From: Takakia lepidozioides
Lineage: Eukaryota; Plantae; Bryophyta
Length of the DNA stretch: 64,000 bases
Direction of reading: 5' to 3'
Assembly: GCA_030704615.1 (NCBI GenBank)
Contig: CM060732.1
Span: 13,578,001-13,642,000 of the forward strand
In this document: piece after piece, positions 23,901-38,400 of the stretch
Layout of the letters: each line of letters opens with the position of its first letter
How positions within the stretch are numbered: the stretch's first letter is position 1
Made by a program: the position numbers and the translations under genes
The notes under the pieces: model-generated
What the model saw: only the letters and a program-made list of their open reading frames with translations
Told to the model about the DNA's origin: nothing
Databases searched by the model: none

Positions 23901-26900
23901 CTTGGAAGAATCGAAGATTTTGTTTTCCTTCCAGGTAGGTATTGAAAGTCTCCTCATCACAGCGTGGGGATTCCATTTTTTTTACAAACTACAAGGCACT
24001 TGGTGAGCGCCCTTACCCTCTTTTTTCTAGTGGCTGCAATATCTCTACTCATCTGTTGGCTGGCCACCCCCACTGCTTTGAGCTTTGCCATGAACTTGTC
24101 TGATGGGTTTTGAGAGCCAGCCCTAGCCTGTGACCAAGCTGTCCGCATGCCTTGTGTGAACTCCGGGATTTCTAATACAAAGGCATTCATTTTGTAGAGA
24201 CCCTTACCCCTTGGGCGGGTGTTTGGAATAGCAAGGGAAGCCTGGATGACGGCATGATCAAAACCCGGGTGGATGGGCTGTTGGGGCAGCCTCTGGGTCC
24301 ATTGGATACAGTCCATGGAGGCGTAAAATCTGTCTAACCTAGCCATCTGGAGGTCCAGGAGGTTCCTGTTCTTGACCATGTGAAGACTGGGCTAGAGGGG
24401 GGCATAGGCCCCTGGTTTGTAGTTTCTATTTCCACCAGGTTGTGATTGAGCATGAGGGAGTGCCAATGTTGTGTCTTTGCTGCGTCTGGGTTAAACTGGC
24501 CAAGACCTCTTATGTCAGCAGGAGACTCAACCAATGAAGTCCCCTACCAATACCCAGAAATCTATGTCCTGTTCCGTTTCCATGTTGGCATTTATGGATT
24601 CCCAGACCTGTGCCCTCTCCGCCGGGGAGTTTGGAGCACAAATATTAATTAGTCCTAGCCTGCCCCCTTTGGCCGGGAGATCTATGGCACAGAACTGAAC
24701 TCTACCTGGACCCATGACCTTTCAGAGACCATATATTGAAAGAGGGATGGGGAGATGAGGATGGCAGTGCCTCCTCTGGAACCTGCGGACGTTGGTTTCC
24801 AGAGGGAGTTAGCACGGGGCCAAAGATTGTCTAAGAGAGAAGCAATTTTCCCTAGATCCAGCTTATGCTCTTGCAGGAAGAGAATTGCATCTTTGCAAAG
24901 GTAGGGGGATAGAAAGTTCTTAACACTTGCGTGCTTTGGGGAGGCACTATCTGCCCCAAGCCCTCTGATGTTCTAGGAGGCCATGTCAATCAACATGGGG
25001 GTGGAAGGCAAGGCTGAGATGGTCTATCTCATTTGATGGCCCAGGATTGAGACAGTTGAATTTTACCCGCTTATGGTAAGGGAGGAGACTGTTAACCCAG
25101 AAGTAGGGACTGGGAGGGGAGGGGGGTCTGCTCGAGATTTGAACCATGATGAGCTGGGAGATGTTCGACTGGGAAGCAGAGATGATTTGATTTGGATGAG
25201 GGGGGGTGCCAAGAATAGAGGGACTTGGAGGAAGTTTTTTGAAAAAAGATGCGTTACGTGTGCTAAGGATGAGAGAGTCATTGAGTTCGGAGAGGAGAGG
25301 GAGGTCAACAGGGGATGTTCCTGCAGGCAGACTTATAGCCAGGAGTGTTTTCCTGGCGGATTGCTTTGCAGAGGCAGGTGGGCAAACACACAGAACCCAA
25401 CATCTCTTCCTATCCTTGGAGTCAGCCTGGAACAGAAAGAATGGCAGGGTCTGGGGAAGTACCTTAGAGAGAGGAGAACCCGTCTCTTGGGTGGCAATCG
25501 GAGGAGAGCCCGGGTCTGGGGTAGCCGTAGGGATGGAGGATGAACGATTGCAGTTTGTACTTCTTGGATGGAAGGGAGCAGATTGGATGCACTCCGTGTG
25601 ACATCTGCAAGCTGGATCCTGTTTTGACTGGCTTGGCCCAGAGGCTCCTGTTGGGGTGGGGCCTCCTCTTCTCTGGCCAGTGGCTGCACCCCTGTGGAGC
25701 CACTTGAGGAAGATGATCCAGAGGGAAGCGGTCGAATCCCTCTGAGGTGATCTCTTGTTCTCTGCAGGTCGCCTTGGTGGTTGATATCCTCCATGCGCTG
25801 GTCCAACAATCTGGAGAGGAGGGTAAAGGCATTTGATAGCACATCCTTGGCTCTGATGTGAGCTGGTTGCTTGCCCCGTGGTTTGTCCAAACAGTCTTCC
25901 CTGATCCACCATGACTTGCCTGGGGGAGTGTGGTAGATGTCCGCATCCTCCATTAGAGCCAACACCTGGGTGTTAGGCTTGCAGTTTAAATATGGATGTT
26001 CTTCCACATACGCACCCCAGGTGACGACAGAGGAGGGGGCAATGAGATAGCACGGTAGATGGTTGGCAAAGAAGTCCTGGATCTTGGTCATGAGCATGCA
26101 TTGCGGGCTGCTGTTGGGGGGACACTTTTCAATAAAACTTAACACATCTTGATTGGTGATCCACAGAGATTCCAGGTCATGCCTATCTTCAGATGTAATG
26201 AGGATTGAGGCTGGGGGGCCTGTTTTGAAGAGGATGGGGGTAACGCATGAGGCTTTGGGGGCCTCCTTGGTGGACAAGGCTGAGCAGCCTGGCAGCACAA
26301 GGTCTGGGAAGGAATTTATTTTAGAACAATGGCCACCACCGGGTTACCTGCAACAGCAGAAGGAGAAAGCTTCATAGAGGGATCTGTATCTGGGGAGATT
26401 GGGGCTGAGGGAGCTGGAGGGACATTGGAGGCTTGCGTATTGATGAGGAGAGGACACTTCTGGGCAATCTGATGGGCAGTCAGTGAGTAGCTAGCCTCTA
26501 GATGCATAGGGTCACGGATCGCCCAGTCCCTCACGTAGGATCGCTTTACCTTTCTACCAGGAAAGTGCAGCAATACACCAGAGTTCTCCATACCTGGGAT
26601 TCTGTTGTGCAGGTCCTGTATATCCATTTTGATGAGGGGGAAGTCATTGCACATTGCGTGTTGCTCCTCTAGGGGGTCAGGGAAGAACTCCTCATCGTTT
26701 GGCACTGGCGGGGAGACACATTGCTCCAGGATTGACGGGGGCCCTTCCTCCCTCGGCTGGACTCTCGGTGACTGATCTGTCGGTGGAAGAGGGATTTGCT
26801 TTGGCCTATAAATTTGCCTGGTGTTGGCCGATCTCTCTTGGTGGGCCATGTAGAAGCCTCGGCTTGAGATGGGCTGGGACCCACTAGGTGGGAGCCTGCT

Positions 26901-27270
26901 TGACTGACCCAGGTGGCGACGTGGCCAGGCTGAGGACTTGGAGTGCTAGAACATTCTGTTAGGACCCATGGGATAACAACATAGAGAGAGGGTGCAGATA
27001 GGGAAGGATTGAGGTAGAATGGATCAACTGAGACTGAATCAATTGAAAGGAAGAACTCTAAACAGGGAATTAAGAGAATTGAGAGCTAGACTAGAAATTG
27101 AAGACACAGTCTAACACTATCGGGAAGATTGAGCCGGAAATCCAGATCCGCTGCTGAATCCTCTGTGGAAATTAAATAGGGAAGCTGAGTGAGCGAGCTG
27201 GAGCTTGGAAGAACACGAAGACGCTATCCTCTACGTAGCGAGAGCTGGGGAGAAGGCCGAGCTCAGAGTT
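20962..27270 (-). mobile_element. L1-clade LINE A (degenerate ORF1, APE endonuclease, RT, zf-RVT)
   Basis: ORF2 from ~24984 (MAS*NIRGLG, LQEHKL, LVGDF, ARLDRFY, CPGIDG, NYKPITLLN, MYVDD, AFLWQVANRALKVG). T-run at 20962 is a possible tail; the 5' boundary is approximate. Confidence 0.88.
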
Positions 27271-27844
27271 AGCGCCAAGTAGAGTGAAAGAGACAGCTCA
27301 AAACGTCATTAATATTAGCCGGCAGTTGAGAGGGGGGAAGCGAAGTTAAGAGGCTGAGGCGGCGATAGCACGCACAAAATGATGAATGAAACATGGCGGG
27401 TTTTAGGATGATCCGATTAGGATGCTTAAGGGTGTCACGACTGTTCAGCAAAGAGGCTTAAAAGGATTTAACCAGATCGTAGAAAACCATGCAAACCATG
27501 TGTGTGAAATATGGGAGCCAAACACCCCAGGGGGGGCCCGTCACAAGCTGGCTTGTTAGAAAACCACATAGCCTAGGAAATCAAAGAAAAAGCCGATTCG
27601 CATAGAAGGCGAAAGAACAAATTCAAGTGAAACATTGACGCGGCTCCTGGTGAGAGAGACGAAGAGATCGTTGGGGTCCTTTCTCAACATGAAGCAAAAA
27701 AATCAAAACCATAAAATGGAACATGATATCACCGTAGGAGGATCGATTTTGCATATCAATAGGGAGCCAGCCGTGAAAGGAAGCTGATGGAAATAGAGCT
27801 CTAGAACTAAAGAGAAGAAAACAGGCGATGGTGGTGAAGGATAG

Positions 27845-28055
27845 AGGCGGTCGCTTGTTTTTTTATTTATTTAAAATAAAGCGACCGCCAATATGGTGGT
27901 CACTTTTATTCTTAATATTAAAATAGAGCGACCACCAGTATGGCGGTGGCTTTTGTTTTTTCTATTTTTAAGTTTAAGCAACCGCCAGTGTGGCGGTCAC
28001 CATTATTTTTTTATTTTGAAATATAAAGCGACCACCGATATGGCGGTCGTTTTTG
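27845..28055. repeat. Cluster of short GC hairpins (GCGACCRCC-N4-GGYGGTC) separated by A/T tracts
   Basis: Four to five copies at ~45-50 bp spacing; resembles DNA-transposon subterminal repeats. Confidence 0.6.
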
Positions 28056-28294
28056 TTTTCTTATGTTTTTTTTTTATAAAAATAATTGTTTTTAAGAAGA
28101 ACAGGGGGATTATAGCCCTGAAGAGAGAGAGAGAGAGAGAGAGAGAAGACTCTCGCCTGAGCCGGCGTAACTAAGAGCCACTTCACCTTTCGGCTACTTC
28201 CCCCTGTCGGAGGTGGGCCCTATTAGCCCTGAAGACTTTATTAATAGAAGGATGGGTAAGGAAAAAATAACCTTACATTTAGCCATAAAGGTCC

Positions 28295-31200
28295 TTTTTT
28301 TTTTTTTTCTTTTTTTTTTTTTTTTTGCAAACAGGGGGTTATATCCCTGACATATTTATTATATTTATTATTAGATGGGGAAAAAAATTAAAACCCCGGT
28401 TACACCATGAGGTACACACACTGTGATCAGTGTAGTTCGAGCCAACCTCTCCGAAGATAAAGTCCAGGATACGAAAATAACTCCTATCTGACTCTACAGT
28501 AAATTCAAAAAGAGCAAAGATTGTTTCTACGAACCAAACAGCCACTTTGTGGGCTAATCCAGGAGACCAAAAAACCGGGCACACTGCCCTAGACCTGAAA
28601 CGAAGGTTAGGGGAGAAGAGTGTCTTGTTGGACTTTCTAAGACTGTCGAAAAGGGCAGGGGAGGAGTGGCGATGAGAGTAAATAGTCCATTGACCTTCTC
28701 CACGATAGAGACTGAGATCTATCTGTAGTGCAGCTTGGAAGCTGTCGAGGAGGGCTTCAGATGCTTCCAGTTAATGTCCCTTTCAAATTTGGGGGAAAGA
28801 GTGTAGCGGCGAACGGAGATCTCGCCAGGCTGCTGGGGGGAGATCGTTCCAGTAGCATCGGTCCTGCACAGGGCTGTTGCATATGATCCCTTGTCTACCC
28901 CAGGTGTGCTGAAAGTTCCTGTGGATGGCCTCCGCGTTCCTGGCATCCCGCTGTATGACTGCACATATTTTGGCCCTCGCCTTCCTAGCTTCAGTTTGTA
29001 AGTCAAGAAATGATTCTCACCGGCGTTAGAGTCATGAGATTCAAGTGAACTAGGTTTGGGTTTGTAAGTGTAAGCCTAAGAGAGAAAGAGTCAGTAGAGA
29101 AGGTGTATACTGACATATCATTCTGGTTGAGTTCATCTAGAAACAGAATGGTAAGCTTGTTTTGCAGAATGACTAAAGCCCATGAGTTGGGAGTTGGCTG
29201 CGGAGGGCCAAGTGCCAGGGTGGCCAGCCACTGTGGTGGGATAGTTTGAATAATATCCTGGTATCCTTTGGATGCACGGGGTCTCCCCACAAACAGGGCC
29301 ATCGCCTCTTGAGAGATTAGACTATCTCCCGACCATATGTTATGAATATGTCTGACCCCAAGGCAGTCCCATTTGGACCATCTCATAGCCTGGTTTTTCT
29401 GAGGAGCAGTTAGAGGTATGTCATTGAGAAACAAATGTTGTCTTTTGATTTCATAGAAGTTGCTTGGCTGGGCTTTTGTGAGCAGTTTTCTGAGCCTTCC
29501 TCAGGCCAACCAGATATTGGACCATAGAGAGGAGCTCACAGATTTAAGGTTGAAGCCTTGAGTGATCCAGCGCAATGATGGGGTCCAAGGGGTGTTTTTG
29601 AGTGGCGAGGAATTGGCAATGTGGTCATAGACCAAAAATTTCCAGCATCCTCCTTCTGGTCCAAGAAAGCGCGGTATCCATTTTCCAAGGAGGGCCACTA
29701 TCTGTAGTTCAGGGTCCAGCACTCCCAGCCCTCCTTTTTTTTTGGTAAACAGATCTGAATCCAAGCTACCTGTGGTCTCTTGTTGTGAATGGAGCATTCT
29801 GCTCCCCATATGAAGTTCCGGAGGAGACGTCTGATTACTTGCATCTGTTTAGAGTTAGGGCGCCATGAAGAGGCATAGTACCATAGACCAGCTGAATGAA
29901 TCTGATTCACCACTAAGGCTCTACCAACGAGAGAGAGATGTTTTGACCCCCAATAGGTCAATTTTCTCTTTAGTTTGGATAATGTGGAGGCAAAGATTTG
30001 CTAGTCTGAGAGGTTAATACCAAAGGTATATCCTAACAAGGTGGTTGTTTCGCCAGGCTGGAGCCAACTGAGACCCTGATCCACCCCCCAAGAGGGTGGT
30101 GAGCCCATAGTGGAAGCCGTTAGGTCACCAACGAGCAAGCCTGAAGTTTTGTTCCAATTAATTTTGAATCCCGAGGCTTTGCAAAAGGTATGCAGATCAG
30201 TATGTCCTGCTTGGTCCAAGTTTTCTGACTTTGCTTGCAGCATTAAAAAAAGTGTCATCCACGAACATAGAGTCAATCAGGTAGATGTATTGGCCCATTA
30301 TATAGTTTGAGACTCTAAGGCCTGTTATGAATTGGTTTTGCTGCAACATATACCCAAGGGTATCTGCCACTGCCAGAAACAGAAAGGGTGAGAGGGGACA
30401 TCCCTGTCTAACCGATCGCTGAAGAGGGAAGGAAGAAGACAAGTGGCCATTAACAGTAAACCTACTGGATGAAGAAGTAAGAAGAATCTTGACCCACTTA
30501 CAAAACAAATGAGGGAAGCCAAATTTTACCAGGGCTCCAAGCAAGTAAGACCATTCCACCCGATCGAAAGCCTTTTCAAAATCCAAGAGAAGAAGGGCAA
30601 TGGCCTGATTGGTCCTTAGGGCATAGTCCGGGATTTCCTGTGCAAGGAGGAGGTTGTCTAGAATATACCGGCCTTTAATGAATCTTGTCTGGTTGGGCCG
30701 AATAATGAATGGAAGAAGAGGTTGAAGTCTAAGGGCGAGAGCCTTGGCAATGATTTTGTAGGCGACATTCAGAAGGGTTATAGGGCGGTAATTCAAAATA
30801 TTCGTTCTGTCCCCCTTTTTGTACAGCAAGGTAATTACCCCTTGAGCCATTGAAGGTGGCATCTGACCTTGCTGAAACAGATGGTTGGCCATAGCTGTAA
30901 AATCCCCTGAAATCTCTGGCCACAATGCTTTATAAAATTCAACAGAAATGCCATCTATACCAGGCGATTTGTTGTTCTGCATCTTAGATAGAGCTTCTTC
31001 TAGTTCCAGGTCAGAGAAGTCTCCCTCAAGCTGCGCGGCATATTCGGGAGAAAGCATGGTAGGAGTGTGAATCAGACAGGCTGTCTGGTCATTAGAAGGA
31101 TCTAGGGAGATGTTGTCACTGTGAAAAAGGTGCTGGAAATGGTCCCCAGCATGGGCTGCCATCGATTTAGGTGTTGTGTTTGAGATCCCGGATGGTTGGG

Positions 31201-32751
31201 CAACAAGTTCAGAGATGGTCTGTGAAGCTCTTCTCAATCTGGTCTTGTCAAAGAAGTATTTTGTCATCTTTTCCCCTTTTGTTGACCAGTTAACCCCTGC
31301 CTGTAACTTCCACTTTCTTTCCTGGATTTTATGGTGAATGTCAAGATTGTTCCTGGCTTGGATATAAGTTTTGTAAGTATCTTCATCGCAACAACTGGAT
31401 TCCAAAGCAGATTGGCATACTTTGAGGCATTTAGATAATGCCCTAACCTTTCTCTCTCGGATGAGTGCTAATTCTCGGCTCATTTTTTGGCTTTCTGTAT
31501 TGACCGCTTTTAGCCTGGCCAGGAAAAGCTCAGTTGGATTTAGGTCTGGGTTTCCAGCCTGAGACCAAGCCTGCAAAAGACCCTGTTTGAAAGAGGGTAA
31601 TTTGAGGAGGAGATTATTCAGCTTGTAGAGGCCTCTGCCCCGTTGGCATGAATGAGGGATTGAGATAGAAAGGGTGATTGGTGCGTGGTCAAATCCCAAG
31701 GGAATGGGTTCTTGCGGGGCTCTTTTAGAGAATTGTACCAAATTGAGGGAAAGGTAAGCTCTGTCAAGACGAGCCATACTAAGGTCGGTGAGGGTTCTAT
31801 TGTTGGTCCATGTAAAGGTGATATTGGATGCTTGACCAAAAATAGGTGCTGCCTCCTTGAGACTATGTGTTTGAGCGCAATTGAACCATTGGTCCATCTC
31901 CTCTAGATTTGGGGTGAAGGTTCCAGCCCCTCACCTATCCTCCTGGACTTCAACCATATTAAGATAACATGCTACAATCCAGCTGTCTATGTTTAGTTGA
32001 TCTTTCATTTTTGCATTGAGAACTCTCCAAAAATCTGACCTTTCTGCACATGAGTTTGGTGCGTAAATGTTCACTAATCCAATCGAGCCAGCTGCATTGG
32101 GTAGGGTTATTGCGCAGAATTGCAATCTGCCAGGTATCCAGATATCTTCTGCTGCGAGAAAGGGTTGTAAAGAGGGGGATAATAATATCGCCGTCCCTCC
32201 TTTGGTGCCTGAAGAGGTTGGTTTCCAAAGAGAGTTTGTTAAAGGCCATAGATAGTCTGAAAGGTTGTCTATTTTGGTCTGGTCTAGCTTGTGTTCCTGT
32301 AGAAAAATTATAGAGTCACCGGAGAGGAAGGGAGCCATCCAAGTTTTGATTCTCAGCCTTTTGAGAGATGAAGGGTCTGATCCAAGGCCCCTGATGTTCC
32401 AGGAGTGAAGGTTAAAGGTCAATGGTAGGGTATGGAGGGCCTGGACTGGAAACCAGGTTTGATAGCCCTTCGGTATGATATACGAATTTTACCCTATGAT
32501 CCTTAGGTCGCATTGAGTTGACCCAGATGAAGTTGTTCGGGGGTTTGCGGGTTTTGTTGTGGATGGTTATGAATACACCCCTAGGTCTACATGGATATTG
32601 GATGTCTGGTATTGGTTGAAACTGCTCCTTTGAAACAGTGGAAATAGTAACAGTCTGGGTAGTTACTCCAGCCAAGAAAAAAGCAGCTGAAAACAGGTGC
32701 TGGAGCTCTGGATATCTTTGGAGAAGAGAACCATCCAAAGGAAGATTTCCA
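28295..32751 (-). mobile_element. L1-clade LINE B, 5' region interrupted by a CACTA element
   Basis: ORF2 starts at 32422 (SWNIRGLG, FLQEHK, VNIYAPN). The 566-aa ORF has KSPGIDG, YRPITLLN, LDFEKAFDRV and RQGCPLSP. Poly(A) tail appears as the T-run 28295-28326. Confidence 0.92.
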
Positions 32752-33414
32752 CACTACAGCAAATGGGGGGGGGGGGGGGGGGGTTTGCGACGCCAGCCGT
32801 GCCCCCACGCCCCGCACGGCGCTGAGCGTGCGACGCCGGGCCGTCGCAGCAAAACCCCGCGGGTCGCCACCTGGCGCCGGGGCCAGGCGGCGACGCCTGG
32901 CCGTTGCACGGAGTGATGAAGGGCAAATGGCAGCCCTTCCGTGCAACGCCCAAGCGACGCCCCCAGCAGAAGGCAGCCCTTTCTGGTGACGGCCGCTCGT
33001 CGCACGCTGGTAAAAAAAAACCCTTTCTTGCCATTTCTTTCATCGCAGCCCTTTCTTGCGACGCCAGGCCGTCGCATGGTGGCATGAAGGGCAAAAGGCC
33101 CCTGCAACGGCCGGGCGTTGCAAACAACCCGGCTGCCCTATTCTTGCAAAAAAAAAAAAAATGGGTCACAATTTGTGACGGCTGGCCATCGCCGTGTGCG
33201 ACCCCAGGCCTCATAAATCCATTCAAAAAAACAGGTCGCAGATGACGACGGTTGACCATCGACGTTTGCGACCCCCGGCCTAAAAACCGCGTCGCAGGTG
33301 GCGACGCGTGGGGGTCGCAGGTAGCGACGACAGGGCTTTCTAGGTTTAGGTTTAGGGCCTTTGGGGGTTCTTAGTTTTTTTTTTTTTTTTTCATATGGTA
33401 CTGGAGTTTTTCTT

Positions 33415-36400
33415 TATGGTTTAGCTTGTTGTTGTGGACCTTCTTGTAGATTGTGACATTCATTTTGATAATTCTCTTGATACCACATCTGTATGTGTTG
33501 CTCCAACATATTCATTGCCTCTGCATTCTTTCTTGAAAAACTACCAGCCACAGCCATATTTGATCAATCATAGAAATAAAGTACAATATGCATGTACATG
33601 TACAATCAATCGGAGGGATGGGTCCAGTTCAGTGCGAGAATTGTTATGTAGCTTTGATTTTGTGTCTAATCAACTTGAACATCATCATCCGGAGCCTCTT
33701 CATCCTCATCAAGCTGCAAGCCACAAGATGTGGCTGGAACCACCTTCCCTTGAAGAGAAGAGGCCGGTACCTTGTATACTGAAGTTGGAGTATGCTCTCA
33801 AGCTCTCCAATGTACTCAAGTTTGCTCATAGCAGGTCGTGTATCTCCCTTGCCCCACACGGAGTCTTGCCAATATGTGGCACACAAGCTATAATCAAAGG
33901 TTGTTTTGCGATTCATGTCAAGAGCACGAATGCGGAAATGACGACCGTGAACCCAAACTGCCATGTATGAGGTCGCGAATTGAGAGGGGCCCTTTGCAAT
34001 GTCTTGCACCAAATCTGAAACCACCTCTCAGCAACGGCGTCATAAACTGAAGTCTGAAGCCACTGTTGGAATGAACTTAGAGGCTGCAATTCCATGGGCA
34101 AATTTTGTGAAGGAACATTCCGGCGGCCCGCTCCTCGTCGTGGGCGTCTAGTAACCGGCCTTGGATGGTTCCGCCTCCATGCAAGCGTCTCTTCCTCTCG
34201 TTGTTGAACAAGATTATTGTATCTTGCCTCCCACTCATGTATGGATGGGGTGTTCTTCAGTATGAAGTCATGCTCTTGCTCAATCACGAAGGTCGGCAAT
34301 TTTACCCTCTTCGATTTTTTGGGCAAAACGATGTCCTTGGTTCGTGCATCCTCCTCTTCCTTCCACATCCGAGAGGCTTCCTCATATACCCTTGCCATGT
34401 ACTCCGTGCAATAGAACATAGCTTCTTGCAACGTATACCCCTCCGCCATGCTACCCTCCGGGTGCGCCATTTGTCTTACAAATCCTTTCAAAGTCTTCAT
34501 ATAACGCTCAAGGAACTACATCCACCGAGAATGAACGGGGCCGGCAATCGAAGCCTCTTCCAGTAAGTGCACTTGGATGTCAAAGAAGGAGGGAGGAAGG
34601 TGCATCTCCAACATACACATTACCTCCGCCGCCTCCTTCTTCATGCATAGGAAATCTGCTTCTTCCAACTCTTTGGAGCAAATCCACCGGAACAAGCCTC
34701 CCAATCTATAGATTGTCTCACGAACCTCGGGAGTCAATGTCCCACGTACTGCAATGGGCAAGATGTCTTGCAATAGATTGTGGTAGTCATGAGACTTCAA
34801 ACCATGGACCCCGTCTTCTTCGTTGAACTTCGTACGGAGGGATGACCTATAATCAGTTGGTGTTCGGACAACACTTATGGTGGCTATCACTTTCTTGTAT
34901 TCCTCCTTTGTCCATTGCCAAGGTGCGCGCCTATACTTCCACCGTACAACACCCTTTGGGTCCACACCATTTTGTTCGGCCCATAGATGGCGCATGCGAC
35001 CCTGCTCCTCAAGCTCCTTTCTAACACCGAGAGAATCTCCTTTTGCAGCCACTCCCTTCTTTGCTGGCGTGCCATGAAGAACCCAAAAAAGGGACGAGCA
35101 GACATTCTTCTCAATATGCATGGGATCTAGAAGATGGCGAATCTTCAGGTCCTACATATATCCCCACCCACAAAGACTTACACAAAAAAATTTACGTGAA
35201 AGTGACAATGCAACGCATACCAAATGTGCAATATCACATGCATGCATAGGGATATTGACGGTGTTTTTGTGGAATATGTACCGCCCAATATGACAACTCG
35301 TAGAAGATTGAAAGTCGTTTCATGCCGGACACGTCCACTTCACCGTCCGTGCCCACATGGGCCTCCTTCCATCGGTCCTCCCAAAACTGCCCGGACGGTG
35401 TCATAGGGGGGGAACGTACTTCATCTTTGCCATCAAACAAGTGTTTCTCTCTTCTTCTCCATCGATGGCTCATAGGAAGAAATTTGCGGTAGTTGGGATA
35501 CACCATCTTGTGAAGATGGCGGGAGCTATGTGCATCAAGATCATCGCCACAATGCAAGCATGCATGGTACCCTTTGGTGCTTAGCCCCGAGCAAACAGTT
35601 AGTCATGTACTATACATCCCGCCACATTAGCAAAAACAAAAAGTTGTCATGTGCATGGCCCATAATGCCATCTACCCCATTACGGTGCACAAAATTGTCG
35701 CCGCTACTTCAATCAATCCCAATCCTCATCGATATTATCCGGCATTGACAAGTGAATGTACGCGGGTTGTTCATGGGGAACATAATATACCTGGATAATC
35801 ATGCATTGTCCAAAGCAAGATGCATCTCATCTGAAAAGATTGTCCGGCCATAGGGTCAAGTGAAGCATCCAATGTCGGGATTCCCCTCCATAGCTCTTTA
35901 AGTTCATCAACAAGAGGTCGCAAGTACGTGTCCATGTTTGCCACTTGTTTTTTTTTCTATGAGACATTCACATCATTGTTTCAATGCTCCACCAATATGC
36001 AGATTATACTACAAAATGAATTACACGTCTTACTCCATGATTATGTCACTCATCAATCTTGCATCCAAATTGCGTTAGAGATCAGAAGTTTAATATAAAG
36101 TCTAAGGCAATAATAAACATGAAATGAGTACACTCACCTGGCACAATGGCAGCCAACATGATATGGCCTTTTCTAATTGAAAGATACGGAGGGATGTTGT
36201 AATTCACCATGGTCACCGGCCAAGTGGAATGACTACATGACTGGACAGAGAATGGGTTGACCCCATCCGAGGAGAAGCCGAGGTGGACATGTCATGGGTC
36301 CTCCAAGAGAAAAGACCACATCTCTTCAATATGCCTCCATGCTTGTGAATCTTGTGGCCCGCACACCTTTCCCGGGGGGCTCCGATGCGAGGCGTGCCAT

Positions 36401-37390
36401 CTCATGAGTTTGGCCAATTCGGGGCTTCGGTACTGTGCCCTCAATCGCGGGATGATCGGAAAGTAATGCATTTTCTATGATGAAATACCCCACGCCCCCC
36501 AAATGTAATCATCCCATTAGCACACATAATACAACACCTTTATGCATTTCCCTTTATGCAGCCTCTCCCTCATTTGGGTGTGAATGGTCAAAACCAAACG
36601 TCGCTCCTTCCACTCCTCACTCACTCTTTCCAAAACCACAATCAGATCTTGCATGAGTACTACTCTCTAAACCCTAAACTTTGTGGAATACACTTTACAT
36701 ACATTGAGAAGATTAAAGAAAACAATCTCCATGCGAGGGGGAATGACGCTTATACCTTGCGTGGTACTTTTTTCCCTTGGACATCATCCCGATATCGGTC
36801 TTTCTTGCACTTTGGGCACTTGGTGAGATGTGAATCCTCTCCGTAGTATAGGGTTTTATCACATGGACATGCATGAAAAATCTTATAGTCCATCCCCATA
36901 GAGTCCAAGACTTTGCGTGCCTCTTTTCACGACCGTGGCATCTTGGGTTTCAAGTGTGGAGCAAGGATATAGTCTGCAATAGTTCGCATTATGGCAGACA
37001 TCCCAACATTATTTATGCCAAATCGAATTTGAAGATTGAGCAAAAGTAAGATTGTTGAAAGTCGACTCACTTTCGCCCCTTCGTACAAGGGAGTTCTCGC
37101 CTCCCTCTCCATGTCATTTGAGGGGGCCATTTCAGGATCATCGATTGGCCGGGTTCCCTCTTCATGGGATGCATCAGTGCCCACATGATGCATTAAGAGA
37201 TCCTCCATGGCTTGCACATCCTCCTGGTTAATTCCATGCTCATTGTTGTTGTCACTGTCACTATCACTGTCATCGTCATCATCATCCGGTACCGTGGGGG
37301 GGCGTCTCGCCCACGGCTCCCGCCTGATGTACTTGGGTTGTTTTCGGATGGGGTGCCAAGAGAAAAGACCGGGAAGGGATGGACAAAGTC
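33415..37390 (-). pseudogene. CACTA transposase (Transposase_21/DUF4218/DUF4216-like), intron-containing and frameshifted
   Basis: RTPLYEGAKVSRLS, MHIEKNVC, GLKSHDYHNLLQ, FFDIQVH, LKGFVRQMAHPEGSMAEGY, YIGELESIL..LFKGRWF. Confidence 0.92.
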
Positions 37391-38400
37391 CTGATACGAA
37401 CAAATGAACATAGGGACATATATTATAATGTGTCCTTGCAACCATACACTTCATTATAAGCGAAATGCAAACAACAACCTTCAATGTGTGTGTGCATCAA
37501 ATATGTCATTCAATAATTACATGTATGTGCGCAACGTACACGCATGCAAAATTTCAAACCCAAACAAAATCATTTGCCCCCCCCCCAATGACACATTCAC
37601 CCTATCAACCAATTTTTGTTTATTAATGTGAAAGAAAATCCTCTCATGCCATTGCACCCAACAAACGGATGTGGCTCAAGCTTCATTTTTTCCTACATGT
37701 GCTTAAATATGTGTGCAACACCTGTACAAAGATCCAGCAGGAAAAAAAATTTAAAAAAAAAATAAAATTTTGCCTCCCCAACGACGCACTCACCCTTGCA
37801 CCAATTTTGAATTAAATCGAATTTAAATGAATTTAAAATAAATATTTGCATTTAGAAAATATATGATTGCGGTTTTGAGGGGCGTAATTATTTTATTTTT
37901 AGCTCTATTTTGTTCTGTGACATCAGGCTTTGCACCACTACATCCATGCAAAAAATGGGACAAAAAAAAAATAGAACAAAAATAAGTGTGTTTCTAGGGT
38001 CATTTTTGTATAACTCTCTATGAAGAGTGCATGAAGTTGAAGATAACTCAACTTTGGAGTGCAAATGAGAGAACAAAATCTGGTTATGGGTCCAAATGAC
38101 TTTTGTTTACTCCCAAATTTTGCACGCACATTGCATATGCTATCATTAAGCATATGGCTTGAAAATGGAATAAAAAAAAATCATCTGCAGGCGAAACACA
38201 ATTTTCCGTCTCTATGACACGTACCTGCGTTCAACACTAGAATGACCCATTGAATAAACTTGGTTCATGCTCATATTTGGTCCACATGTGCATAAGTATG
38301 TTTAGATCACATATGCAAAGTTGCAACCCACACGAGCAACAAGAATTTTTTTTACATCAATCGATTAATCAGATGTATACAAAGTACATCATGAGAATAT

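Noticed and set aside
33338-33360. Telomere-like TTTAGG(G) repeats (also ~40520 and ~43535)
   Set aside because: Only 2-3 imperfect units, located inside transposon arms; not an interstitial telomere array.
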